Shown: in pieces, positions 13,974-25,715 of the stretch
How the letters are laid out: every line of letters begins with the position of its first letter
Numbering within the stretch: position 1 is the stretch's first letter
Origin: Adineta vaga
Lineage: Eukaryota; Animalia; Rotifera
Assembly (NCBI GenBank): GCA_021613535.1
Contig: CP075495.1
Span: 434,001-498,000 of the forward strand
Length of the DNA stretch: 64,000 nt
Direction: 5' to 3'
Translations under genes and position numbers: made by a program
The notes under the pieces: generated by a model
Databases searched by the model: none
Seen by the model: the letters and a program-made list of their open reading frames with translations, nothing else
What the model was told of the DNA's origin: nothing

Positions 13974-14006
13974 TATATAAGCAACAGAACGTGATATATA
14001 TTCATT
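13974..14006 (+). promoter_or_regulatory. TATA box + initiator-like TCATT (duplicated at 14983-15015)
   Basis: TATATAAG followed 28 nt later by TCATT in both duplicated upstream regions. Confidence 0.55.
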
Positions 14007-14035
14007 TATATCTAATATAAGACAAAAAATAAGTT

Positions 14036-14599
14036 ATGATGGAACAAATTTGTAGAACTTTAAAGCCTTTCGCAAATATTTACACGGTTTTATTAATGTG
14101 GTTTTTGACAATAACTAATTTCTATATTTGTTTGAAACCTATACACGACTATGCCGCAATCGCTGGTTTAAAATCAATGCCGGTCATTCTTGATGCATTG
14201 TTTTATTACACACCAGATGAAGGTTATCAAACATTAAGTATTTTAGGCATTGATGGACGAAACGCTTATCGTTTAACAAATTACTATGATTTTGTTCTTC
14301 CAATCATTCTATTTCTTTCCTTAACATTACCCAACATTGCTTTAGGTGAAAAATGTTACTGTCTTATCGCTCCATTTATTTATATGATATCAGATTATAT
14401 TGAAAATCTTGCTGAGAAATATGTTTTAGAAATTTATCCTGAACGAAATGATTCAATGATGACATTAGCTTGTTATGCTGGTTTAAGTAAATTCGGCTTT
14501 CTCTTTTTAAGTGTATTAATAATAATTATCAATTTGTTCAAATGGATTCTCAAAGAAAAACCTCAATCAACATCAAATAATAAAAAGAAACAAAAATAA
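14036..14599 (+). CDS. Intronless ~4-TM membrane protein, bacterial/fungal-like family (copy A)
   Basis: 187-aa ORF; motif LDxxxxYTxDExYxxLxxLGxxGRxxY...DF..P...DYxEN...YP...K; tandem paralog downstream. Confidence 0.85.
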   Translation: MMEQICRTLKPFANIYTVLLMWFLTITNFYICLKPIHDYAAIAGLKSMPVILDALFYYTPDEGYQTLSILGIDGRNAYRLTNYYDFVLPIILFLSLTLPNIALGEKCYCLIAPFIYMISDYIENLAEKYVLEIYPERNDSMMTLACYAGLSKFGFLFLSVLIIIINLFKWILKEKPQSTSNNKKKQK

Positions 14600-15044
14600 A
14601 TGAAATCATAGTTCATCTTTACTTTTTTTAAATAAATTTTGAAAAACTAACGAATAATTTCCATTGATAATCATAAATAGACATGTGACAAACTCAAGCT
14701 AAAAAATTCGTGCAAGTTGAATTGAATATTTCCACTGTCCGATCCTAAAATATTTCATCAAACTTTTTTTTATAAATAACGCTAAATGTCAATTTCTTGT
14801 TCCATAATATTACAAGCTTTGTGAACTGAATTTCTTCGATTTTTCCCATCCTAATATAACAGATTCATCGGCATCTCTTCTGTTTTCACACATATAAAAG
14901 TACACCAGATGCAGTTAGAAAACGTCTTTCATTCTATAGTAGAATTACCATTGCAATCTTTCATTCGCCTCTGTCATGATCGTATATAAGTAACAGAACA
15001 TGATATAGATTCATTTATATCTAAGATAAGACAAAAAATAAGTT

Positions 15045-15590
15045 ATGATAGAACAAATTTGTAGAACTTTGAAGCCTTTGGCGAATATTTATACGATTTT
15101 ATTCATATGGCTCTTGGCAATTACTAATTTTTATCTTTGTATAAAACCAATGAAAGACTATGCTGTAATTGCTGGTTTAAAAACAACACCAGTTGTTCTT
15201 GATGCATTGAATTATTACACATCTGATGAAGGTTATCAAACACTAACTGTTTTAGGTGTTGATGGACGAAATGCCTATCGTTTGACAAATTACTATGATT
15301 TTGTTCTTCCATTCTTCCTATTTCTTTCACTCTCATTACCCAACATCGCTCTAGATGAAAGTTGTCACTGTGTCATTGCTCCATTTATTTATATGATATC
15401 AGATTATATTGAAAATCTTGCTGAAAAATATGTTTTAGAAATTTATCCTGAACGAAATGACTTAATGATGACATTAGCTTCTTATACTGGTTTAATCAAA
15501 ATAAGTTTTTTCTATATAAGTGTATTAATTGTAATAATCAATTTAATTAAATGGATCATCAAACAATCGAAAAAAACAAAACTAAAGTGA
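15045..15590 (+). CDS. Intronless ~4-TM membrane protein (copy B)
   Basis: 181-aa ORF highly similar to 14036-14599, with ~90 nt of shared upstream sequence. Confidence 0.85.
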   Translation: MIEQICRTLKPLANIYTILFIWLLAITNFYLCIKPMKDYAVIAGLKTTPVVLDALNYYTSDEGYQTLTVLGVDGRNAYRLTNYYDFVLPFFLFLSLSLPNIALDESCHCVIAPFIYMISDYIENLAEKYVLEIYPERNDLMMTLASYTGLIKISFFYISVLIVIINLIKWIIKQSKKTKLK

Positions 15591-16241
15591 ACTTCATTCG
15601 ATCTATGATATTTATAGAAAAAAAAACTTTATTTTCTTTTCTTTTTAATAAAGTACAATCATGAAGAAATTCGCATCAGTTTACAACACTATTTAAATAT
15701 TTTAACCTAAGACTTGTAAACATGACGAAAGTACGTAACGAAATTGTAAAGCAAGATTTTCTCACCCTACACTCCTGATTTCTATTGTTTACGATCATTT
15801 TGTAGAAAATGTTTCTGACGAAGTTCGTCCATTTAAAAAGAAAACAAATCAACATTGTAATTGAGGTAAATATCACATTATATATTTACCTATTTTATAT
15901 GTACATTCATTTTATAAATTATTATAGATATGAAGAAGTGAAATGATCAAAGAAGACAGAGAAATAAGAGTTTTTCTTGTGAGAAAAGACGAGAACATTT
16001 ACGAATTATTTGTTTTAAACACATAATCTAAAATATTTAGATATCGATTTTCGAAAGAGAACGAATAAACTACATGATTTTATTAGTTATATAAAATTCG
16101 AAAGAAGAAATGATATATTTACCGTTCGTTTTGTAATATAAATCGATGTGTATGTTAATATTTGATGTCTTATACAGATTGAAATAAAACATATGAGAAG
16201 ATTATAAATATTCGAAACTTTTTCTTTAATAAATCTATGAT

Positions 16242-17177
16242 TTATATTTTTGTATTAAAAATCAAATTTTGTAAACGAATTTGACAATCTTGAAAATGAA
16301 TATATAAAAGACAATGAATTGTACGAATTGTAAATGGATCTTCATTGAATGAAAATAATTTTGGAAGAAAAGATAACAATTTTCGTGAAAGTGGAAAACC
16401 AAATGTAATTTGTTGATGAAATTTATCAATTAAATCTTGTTTATTATCAAATAATTGACGTTCTAAATGAGAATGAAAATACAAATTTTTTGTTAATGAA
16501 ATATTTAAATAATTATTCAAAATAAAACCAATATAAATATCATCGGGATAAAATTCTTTTAAATATCCATTCATAAATTGAATACTTGACTATGTATAAG
16601 GTTCAAGTAATTCAACAGTACGTCTTGATAAACAAATTCCAGCGCCTGATGTCGCAAACCAAAAGTGTCGTGAATAAGAAGGTTTTTTTCGTTTAAATGT
16701 TGTATTCCAAGAATTTCGTCTAATATAATAAGGAATATTAAAATTAAGAGTTGATAAATATTTTTGAAGATTATCTATATGAACATATTGATCATCATCA
16801 AAATGACAAAACCATTCGTATTCATATAAATATTGTCGATAAAGAAGAAAATCATGACTTGTTTGACAACAAAGTGATCGAACTGAATGTGAAGTATTTC
16901 CACAGATTTGTTCTGTTGTTATTAAATGAGTTGAATTAACATTTGAAAGTAATTTATCACTTATAAAATAAACATCTTTCTCAACTAATAAAATCCATGT
17001 TTCAAGAAGATAAATTAAACGATTTGAATTATATTTTGATATTGTTCGAACAACATACATTATTCGATTCGATGTTTTTAATATTTGAGAATTTAAAATT
17101 AAAAAATATGAATAAATAATAAAACAAAATAGAAAAATAATGATTATTCGAAGAAAATAATTTCGATTAAAACGCAT
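16242..17177 (-). pseudogene. Fringe-like beta-1,3-glycosyltransferase (GT31) with in-frame TAG
   Basis: N-terminal TM anchor, WFCHFDDDQYV, FATSGAGICLSR and PDDIYIG motifs. The two ORFs are in the same frame, separated by TAG at 16590-16592. Some conserved sites look substituted (YYIRRNS for YxGRxS). Confidence 0.75.
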
Positions 17178-17552
17178 AATAATCTCTTTCGTTTTATCGA
17201 AATTCTTTTATCAATGATTTATTCTTAAAAGGACGTTGAATGAAACTTGAGATAAATCTACAACGAATCTTTTCTTTTCTCTTCTGTATATCAACAGACA
17301 GATTCGATTACAATATGTATATAACATAGTCTTCTTATTAAAAATCAATTTTCAAGATACAAAAAAACAGATATTTAAAAGAATTGTTTCATCTATCTTC
17401 CGCATATCTAAATAAATGAAAAAGAACATTTGTTTTTCTCTTACAATGATATTCTATTTTATATTTTTCTATAGGAATTCGATGTAGATGTTCGTTCATT
17501 CTATTTGAATATAAGAATATAAATTCAAAATCAAATTCAATATAAAGAAAAA

Positions 17553-18365
17553 TCAAACCTCAATTATAACATTTGTTGGTGGTGAAAATATTGGAAGAAA
17601 GTATCTTGCAACTGCACATGCTCGATTTGCAATATCTGATAAAGTTGTATATGATATTTGAAGAACATTTTTGACATAAGGACCTTTTCTTTGCCAAAAT
17701 TTTTGATTTTGAGCAACAGCTTGTAACTAAAACATTTGTTTTTCATCACTAAGACATTGTGTAATACCAAAAATAAGTTCATCAATTCCTGATGATTCTT
17801 TCCAAATATTTTGATCTTCATCGATATATGCTTTACTATTAACCATAGTTAAAAGATCATTTCTACCAAAATATTCTATATTTCCATCTTTAAATCGTTG
17901 AAAGAATGGATTAATATTCATAAGTAAATGAATACATTGTTCCATAACAGTAGATCGTCGATTTCCTGAATACATATTCGTACAAACCAAAGCAATGAAA
18001 ATATTTCTTTGTATACATTGTTGTAAAACCCATTTGACTTGATTCATATCTGCAAATGATGAAGGTGATATACAATAAATAATACAAATTGGATTTGTTT
18101 TTTGTATTAATTGATAAAAATATTGTTGAACATGTTGTTCTGTCCATGATTCAATACCAGGTGTATCCCAAAATTTAATTGTATAATTTAAACGAGAATC
18201 ATTAGAATTTCTTTGTTGTTCTAAGATATGTTCTGTAATTGATGTTGTACATGCATTTAAACTACTACTTGTTACAGCAACTTCTCTACCTATAATTGCA
18301 TTTATTAACGTACTTTTACCAACTCGACTCGCTCCGCATAATGTTACTGTAAAACTTTGTTCCAT
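17553..18365 (-). pseudogene. TRAFAC (AIG1/GIMAP- or MMR_HSR1-like) GTPase, copy 2, premature TAG
   Basis: GASRVGKS (G1), CT (G2), WDTPG (G3). TAG at 17727-17729 aligns with the Trp of WAQAVLDN in copy 1, and the frame continues (LQAVAQNQKFW) to TGA at 17553-17555. Confidence 0.75.
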
Positions 18366-18407
18366 AGAAATCTAGAATAGAAATTTCTCGTGAATAAAAG
18401 AATATAT

Positions 18408-19773
18408 TTATTGAGAAAATAAAGTAAATAAACGATATAAAATATTCGAAGTTCCTTGTTGCAAATTATTTTGAAGTTCTTTAGCTAAAAGACTTAATTC
18501 TGAATATTTAACTAAAACATATCCTTGCATTTGTTGATGAACTTTATTCCAATAACTTCGATTATCTAAAACTGCTTGAGCCCAACCACGAACAGCATGT
18601 TCTGATAAAGATTGCATAATACAATGTGTTAATTCATCAATACCTCGAATAGGTTTGATAATCGGTGATAAATCAGGATTTCCAAATGGTGTACTATTAA
18701 CCATTGTACATAAAGCATTTTCTCCAAACATAGTTACTTCATGTTTTCTAAGTATTGGATCATCAGTTTCGAATTCTAAGATTTTTCGAGGACCAAATCC
18801 TTCGAGTAAATTTTCAAGATCAGCTTTTGCAGACATTCGTGCTTCTCGTGAACCTGCGGAAAGGAAATTTGACGCAAGAAATAGATTAATTTGAAAACTT
18901 ACTCGCCCACATATTTGTTATCACAGCAGCACAAAAGATTTTTTTATAGAAACAATAATTAAGAATAACTTTGACTTGACTTAAATTAGCAAAAGTACCT
19001 GGTGCAGCACAATAAATAACAGCAATTGGTTGAATATGATCAATGATTTGAAACATTTCACCAATAGATTCTTGTTCAGTCCAATTTTCAATTCCTTTTG
19101 TATCCCAAATATATACTTTCGATTGTTCAGTAGAATTCGAATGTTCTGTTCCCTATTTTACTTCATATTTTTGTAATTTTTGTGTACAAGATTCTAAACT
19201 TGAACTTGTCTTTGCTTGACGTAGACAATTTCCAGTTAAAGCATTTGTTAATTGACTTTTTCCAATACGTGGTGCACCCATAAGAAGAATATTAAAATCG
19301 AGAGCTCTTTGTACATAATTGATTTCATTTTCATAAGCTTGATTTAACATAACATTCTGTACTTTTGTAGCGATTCGATTGAGAGCATCATCACGATTTG
19401 CTGTGAAGCCTATAGAAGAATTTAATGTTTTTTCTGTATTAGTTTGTGTTGATCATATATTGGAAGTTTCAATGTTCAAAACAGATTGTTGATCATCTTC
19501 TGTTGATGGATTTGATTCTACGAAGCTGAAAACTGGTTGTTGATCAATTTGATCTTCAGAAACACTTGAAAATTGAAAAAAATTCAAATGATTCTCTTGT
19601 TGTTCAGAAGAATGATTGTCAGTTGGAATATTCGATTGAACAAACATTGGAAAATTTTGTTCGGAATTTGTATTCAAAGGAATATCAATTGTTTCATCAA
19701 TATTTTCATTTAAATTGGAATGAAATGGTAATTCCAGCATAATATCAATTGGTTTTTCATCGTGTGTCTCCAT
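18408..19773 (-). pseudogene. TRAFAC GTPase, copy 1, with acidic N-terminal extension and premature TAG
   Basis: GAPRIGKS, SCT, WDTKG motifs. In-frame TAG at 19153-19155. Canonical intron 18902-18854 joins ...TNMWA to SREARMSAK. Acceptor at 19411-19410 has no obvious canonical donor. Confidence 0.7.
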
Positions 19774-20236
19774 TTGTTGAAATTTGTATCTTTCTATGAA
19801 GATTCATTGCAAAAATAAATGTTATATAGACTCATATAGGTGGATAAATCCTTTCATTTTAAAATGGAAATTTTCTCTGTCAACATTTTATTGGTCTAAA
19901 GGTTATTTGAAAAAACATACGTCATCTAAACATGAGCAATGATAAGAATAGAAAGGTAAGTTTTATCTCAAAATTGGGAATTTAACCATTATATATGAGA
20001 ATTACACAATAATTCAAGTTTTATTTGATGTGTTTTGTTTTTGATAATAAATACATGTCGAGTAGATTTTTGTGAGTTATGGAAGAACAAATTATTCAAC
20101 CTGTAACTATATGTATTTCATGAACCTTTTATTCATTTTATTATTTATAAATCATGTCTTGAAAATATGTTGAGTAAAGGTTTCGAGGCATTATTATCGT
20201 CTATACTCATCACAATAAAAAAGAGTTTTTTTATAT

Positions 20237-22258
20237 TTAATTGAAAAAGTTTCGGTTGCAGCTGAAAGAGTTCAAATGTGCGGTAAGTTGTTTCCATCCT
20301 TCATCTACTTTATTGATTAATATTAGATCTACGATCCAAAGACTTCCGTATTGTTCAATTGTATCAATTTGAAAGACTGATGCCATTGAAAAAAGAACTT
20401 CTTCTTCGTCTTCATATATACTTTGATAATCAATTTTACTGAATGGAATTGAATGAGCAACACAAAGATCAATTGTAATTTGATAAATAACGGATACTTC
20501 TGATGTAGGATCTTCAAGTAAACCATCACCTGCGAAAAACACAGCTGCTTGAACATTATTTGTTGTCGATAGAAAACTATTCATCGAAATCAGCTTACCA
20601 ACATTTTCTTGAAGTTTCTTTAATTCGTTCATTTTCATACGTTGACCACGATATAATGTTAATATTCGTTGATCCTTATGTAATGATTGAATAAACGGAG
20701 TTTGTAGTTCAACTAGTAGATTATGTAAATCGTGAATAAAATATCGTAATTTAAAAATAGTATCAATATCTTCTAATCGAAGAGTTTCATGAAGAATACG
20801 ATAAAGAAATGAATCGGAAGTATACCATTTAATTGCATTTTCTTTTCGAAAAGTTTTATTGAATTCATCTATCTTCTTCAAATCATTTGGACTATCCGCA
20901 TATTTGTATTGAAACATTTCGATCATTTCTTGTCGAGCAAATTCAGTTTGATGAAGACGTAAGATAAGATCTATAAGCAATTGAAAAGCAAGAAAAGGTC
21001 CATTTTTGTTGTCGAGATATCGAGTGAAAATTTTTTCGTGACAATTCGAAAAAAAACTTTGTTCACCGATAGTTGCTTTCCATGGATTGATAATTGTACA
21101 AAATTCTTGATCATCTTCATCAACTGCTGTTAAATCAATATTCCACCGTTTATTAATATACTCAACTCGATCAATACGGAACAATGATCTTAGAGAGAAT
21201 ATATATTCATCTTCTTCGATAAACATACTCAAATCTTTGATTTGAGCACCTCTTATCTTTTTGCAACGTGAGTCAATGAATATTCGATAGAAAACCGATT
21301 GTATCTTTGAATGAGGTCTGAAATAAGTTTGAAAATAAAACTCTGCAATACTTTGATCAACGGTTGTGGACAGAAAAGAAGTTACTGTAATCAACTTTCC
21401 AATATTTTTCTTATGTTTATCAATATCATGAATGTGAAGCAGTTGAACTCGAAACAAACAAAGTGGTTTCGTATCGTCCTGTTCTACTGATAGTTTCTGA
21501 AGAGCTTTGTCGAAGTCTTGAATATAAGTACGCCATAAAAATATGTTGTTGATATCATTACTACGTAATGTCTCGTTGAGTTGTTGATGAAAGAAGGACT
21601 CTCGAGTGTACCACCAAACAGCATTATCAGCTCGATAGTCACGCTCAAATTCGTTAATGTCATCATTTGTATATGAATATGCACGACAGTAGGCACGAAA
21701 TTGAGCAATCATTTCATGTTTTGCAATGTTAGTATGTTGCAAATGACTAAGTACATTGAAGAAAAATCTGTACCAGAAAAACGTTGCACTATTATCCATT
21801 ACATATTGGATCTTGGCAGTTACAGGACGAGAAATACCTTTTAAATCATTAATGTCGTGTCGTATTTGTTCAAATAATATGTGGATATTGTTAAATGTGC
21901 CACGAAAACGTTGATTAGATACGAGTGGCCCGTGATATAAGACATTAGCGAATAAATAAATTAGTAGTACTCCAGGAACTTGTTTAAGTTCATATTTATT
22001 ACGATTTACGACAACACTGTTAGAAAATATGATTATTGCGATGTCATTTGCAGCAGCAAAATGTATTAAGCTGATGTTGAGATCTTCATCTACAGATTTC
22101 TCATACTCATATCTAGTAATACCATCGAATTTGCAATATGAAGAAATGTCATTGGGTAATTTATTGCCTATTCCATATATATAAACCATTGATGGAGACC
22201 AGTTGACGTTTTCATTAACTTCACAACTGACTGCAAATAAGCGTGGTAGATGAGCCAT
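20237..22258 (-). CDS. Intronless tandem double NAD:arginine-type ADP-ribosyltransferase
   Basis: 673-aa ORF with two repeats of WYT..SF..L..TLR / L(F/Y)R(V/G)Q / SFLSTT / E-x-E-(Y/V)(I/L)F. No TPR or TM segment. Confidence 0.85.
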   Translation of the reverse strand: MAHLPRLFAVSCEVNENVNWSPSMVYIYGIGNKLPNDISSYCKFDGITRYEYEKSVDEDLNISLIHFAAANDIAIIIFSNSVVVNRNKYELKQVPGVLLIYLFANVLYHGPLVSNQRFRGTFNNIHILFEQIRHDINDLKGISRPVTAKIQYVMDNSATFFWYRFFFNVLSHLQHTNIAKHEMIAQFRAYCRAYSYTNDDINEFERDYRADNAVWWYTRESFFHQQLNETLRSNDINNIFLWRTYIQDFDKALQKLSVEQDDTKPLCLFRVQLLHIHDIDKHKKNIGKLITVTSFLSTTVDQSIAEFYFQTYFRPHSKIQSVFYRIFIDSRCKKIRGAQIKDLSMFIEEDEYIFSLRSLFRIDRVEYINKRWNIDLTAVDEDDQEFCTIINPWKATIGEQSFFSNCHEKIFTRYLDNKNGPFLAFQLLIDLILRLHQTEFARQEMIEMFQYKYADSPNDLKKIDEFNKTFRKENAIKWYTSDSFLYRILHETLRLEDIDTIFKLRYFIHDLHNLLVELQTPFIQSLHKDQRILTLYRGQRMKMNELKKLQENVGKLISMNSFLSTTNNVQAAVFFAGDGLLEDPTSEVSVIYQITIDLCVAHSIPFSKIDYQSIYEDEEEVLFSMASVFQIDTIEQYGSLWIVDLILINKVDEGWKQLTAHLNSFSCNRNFFN

Positions 22259-23059
22259 TGTCCTTAATACGTATCAATTATGAACTTTGTTATCCTGTTC
22301 AAATTACAAGCGTAGATGTCGATGTGGTTGTTACTTATTTCTATCACTTATATCAGTAAATGAAGATAAGAATCTGTCTTGTTTAGAGCAGTAATTCATT
22401 TCTGTAACGCCGAACATTATGAAACTAGTTACCTTGCATTTCAGAAAACTCAATCATCAACTGGTCTGAGAAATCAACTCGACGTATATCGGATTACACT
22501 TAATTCCAGAATCGGCAAGAATTAAGTCTATTTCTGAAATTTTTCGAAATGTTAGAATTCAATTGACATTGAGTAGATCTCATGTATCATGTCGTGATCG
22601 AGTTCCGGAATTGGAACTGATTGTTTTTAGAGACGAATCAGAGTCCGTAAGGTTCAATATCACGGAATCAAGGGAGTTTTTATCTTCATGAAAATTTTAG
22701 AAAGTATAATGTAAGAGAAAGTAGAATACATATTGTTTCAATTCAGAGCGTCACCAAATAATTCTATTTAGAAGGAGACTAATCAATGACGAACCAACAA
22801 GACTAAAAGAAATAAAATCTTAAGTACGAACCTCTGTTGTTGATGCGAATTGTCGTTGAGTACCATTTCTAGTTCGGCATTCTGCAGTTGCTTATCCTTT
22901 TTGTCTGCATCAATCACCTTAATTAATAAATAGATAATATGATTTTACGAAGAACTGAAACTTGTTTATGTACTTTTGTAGAACTCAAATAGTGTCGTAG
23001 TCTTAGCAACAAACGATGTAAGCAACAACAGAATCTAGCCATGTAATACACTATAAAGA

Positions 23060-23242
23060 CTGGCTTCCCATTTTCTCTTTTTGTTTTCAGAAAATATTTT
23101 CTTGACGTATTTTTTCCTTTTACTTTTTTACAAAAACTTGAACATCACCAAATATAAGTCTGTAACAAATGCGAAGTAGTGATATCAACAAGAAAATTTA
23201 GAATAAAATCAAAGAAAAGAAGAAAGAAAAATGGGATGTCAG
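23060..23242. mobile_element. Possible degenerate MITE
   Basis: CTGGCTTCCCATTTT... at the left end and ...AAAAATGGGATGTCAG at the right end form imperfect TIRs; purine/pyrimidine tracts are mirrored. Confidence 0.35.
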
Positions 23243-24013
23243 GCAACAATAAAACGATAAGTAACATATTATCGTCAACACGTATTTCTTTCGCAAACAT
23301 CAACGAAACAATATTTACATTGCACTATATTCTATCTGCGAGAATGTGACTATGAAATGACTTAAACTATCATCATTGATAAAGATACTTCGTTCTCATT
23401 GAAATCTATATAATATGACCATTGCATATCCATAAATAAATTTAAAAAAAAACATTTTATGAAAAAAAAGGAAAACAAATGCAATAAATTATTCAAATAT
23501 ATAAATAATTGAATGTGAAATAGAAGGAATTGATTTAATTAATAAATGTTTTTATTAAGAATCTTTTTTAACTGTTTTTTTCCGTAAACATGTTGCTTTT
23601 ATAGTGATGCTAATTACTGAGAGAAGATTGATAAAATAATGAAACAAACAATTGATTTCAATGTCTATTCAATATGCATTCATTCTATTCCGACATGTTA
23701 TACAAAAATCACTTATTCGCACGAATTCCGCGCACTCAATCATCATATAATATTAGACGTGATTCATATTCCATCATCGGTTAAAATATCCTTATCGTTT
23801 CTTCTTCTTGTTCTTCGTATATTTGATATAGGTACTGTTCGTTTAGGACTGATAGTTGAAAGGAGAAAAGAAAACAAAGCATATGTATGAGTAATAGTCG
23901 AAGGAGAAGAAGAAGAAAGAAAAGAATCCATGTGACTTTCGCCCATTTGTATTTGATTCTTTATACTCGCAACATACAAATTCGTTTTTCTTTATAATAT
24001 TCATATAGAAAAA

Positions 24014-24628
24014 ATGTCTTCATATATATTTAAAACAGTCGTTGGAAATGAAATAAATTCAGTTGTAAAAGGTAGAAATAGATTAATGAATATTTTAATT
24101 TATTAAATTTTTATTATTTAGAATTTGGTTTTGGTAATGATTCAAATGAAGATACAGAGGTCGCAAGTGGAATGTCAACTGCAGAGATTATGGTTTGAAT
24201 ATTTTCTTTTTTTCATTGAAAATGACAAATTATTTTTCGTCAAATTTTAGGCTGAAGAAAAACGACACAAAGCAGAAGCAGAAGAACGAAAAGCACGACA
24301 TGCTAAAGTTGAACATGAACGTGAAGAAGCTCGACAAAAAATTCGAGATAAAGTATTTATTCATTATTCTTCGTTATTAATTTATTCTTTTCTTTTCTTT
24401 TTTCAGTACAATATCAAGAAAAAAGATGAACCTACTTCATCACATAAATCTCCACCTGAACCAGCACGTGTACCAACTCCAGTATCACATGTTACTCCTA
24501 ATCAAGGTTAAAATCTTTAGATTTTTCTTTCTCAAAAATTTCATTATAAAATCATTTTAGGTTTTGATCCAGTCAAAATGACGACTAATGCATTTAATAA
24601 CCTCAAAGCGAAATTCGGATGGAAATAA
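24014..24628 (+). CDS. cpx: Complexin (synaphin)-like protein
   Basis: Exons 24014-24071, 24122-24192, 24251-24352, 24407-24506, 24561-24628 give MSSYIFKTVVGNEIN...AEEKRHKAEAEERKARHAKVEHEREEARQKIRDKYNIKKK...FNNLKAKFGWK. This contains the complexin central-helix signature EERKA.HAK.E.ERE..RQ.IRDKY. Confidence 0.85.
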
Positions 24629-24713
24629 TTTGTTAATTGTTATTTAAAATTTGTAATTGAATAAATTTTTTCATTTCAAAATAATCATTTTTATACTTCG
24701 ATTGTCATACAGA

Positions 24714-24764
24714 TTTAGGATGTGGGTGAGGGTCGAGTACAGGAAGACCCACCCACTTCCTCAA
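24714..24764. repeat. Mini element with inverted telomere-like arms
   Basis: TTTAGGATGTGGGTGAGGG ... ACCCACCCACTTCCTCAA. Confidence 0.6.
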
Positions 24765-24927
24765 GATGAATCAGTTGTATTTGAAAATCAATCAACAGAA
24801 ATGTTATCTTTTCACAAGTTGAACTTTTAGTTCATCTTGAATAAAAAACTTATACTTGTTTTATATCTACAATTTGATGTTGTGCATTAATATGATTACA
24901 AAAATTGTACAGGTTATGTTTTATATT

Positions 24928-25715
24928 TTAATCACAGCATTGCAGTTCGATCTCGATCTCATGATAATTATGATAGTTAGTTGAATGGTTTATCAATTCT
25001 TGAGGCTTGAAAGTGCGTTGATAGCATTTGAAGAAAACGCACTTATTTGGTTTATTAATTTCGATTGATAATAATAATGAATAAGGATTTAAGTAAATTT
25101 TAGTTGAAATATTTGCAGATAAACATTGAACCACACCTTGATTGTTAATGGTATTCTTTTTTTCTTTTCTTTGATGATTATGAAATTGTTTTAATTCTTT
25201 AAATTCAGCTTGACAAGCACAAATGAGTTTAATAACTCTATCTGAATGTTTATCTCGAATATGTTGATATAAAGATTCCATTATTTGATACTTCCTTGAA
25301 CAAAGATGACATGTTCTTGTCGATTTGTTAATTATCTCATTCGTAAATAAACCATTTGATAAATCTGAATCATTAAAAACATTTCTTTGATTTCTTTCTT
25401 TAAGTTCAACTAATTACCTCCATGAATAATTGTAATAAATGAATATTTATCAACTAATTTTCCGAGAAAATAAATTAATTTTCAATCAGTTGCATTTTTA
25501 ACATTAGTTTTAAGAACAGGATAAAGATGAATCGATAGATTTGATTCATTTTTAAGCTGATTGAATTTGTTTGACAGATTTGTATCATTATTATTCCAAA
25601 ATAAATAACAATCACAATTTGATGGTGATTGTGAAAGAATTGTTCGATTGTTAAATAAACTTCCACGTCCACCATCACAATCAAATAAAAGAAGTTGTTT
25701 ATATTCCGATGACAT
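24928..25715 (-). pseudogene. PIN/NYN-like domain + C2H2 zinc-finger gene, disrupted
   Basis: LLLFDCDG...KNATD*KLIYFLGKL...IIHGG (PIN-like KNAAD pattern) with TGA at 25482-25484, then a further stop and a frameshift. C-terminal CHLCSRKY...LYQHIRDKH plus two further degenerate fingers. Confidence 0.5.

Noticed and set aside
22480-22680. GGAAT-rich patch sharing TTCAA(T/C)ATC(A/G)CGGAAT with 63037-63052; a similar GC-richer patch lies at 45120-45175
   Set aside because: Probably degraded dispersed repeats, but boundaries and TIRs could not be defined.
23639-23979. Overlapping ORFs upstream of complexin (Ser-rich/basic peptide on the minus strand)
   Set aside because: No consistent spliced model or recognisable domain; may be UTR or promoter sequence.
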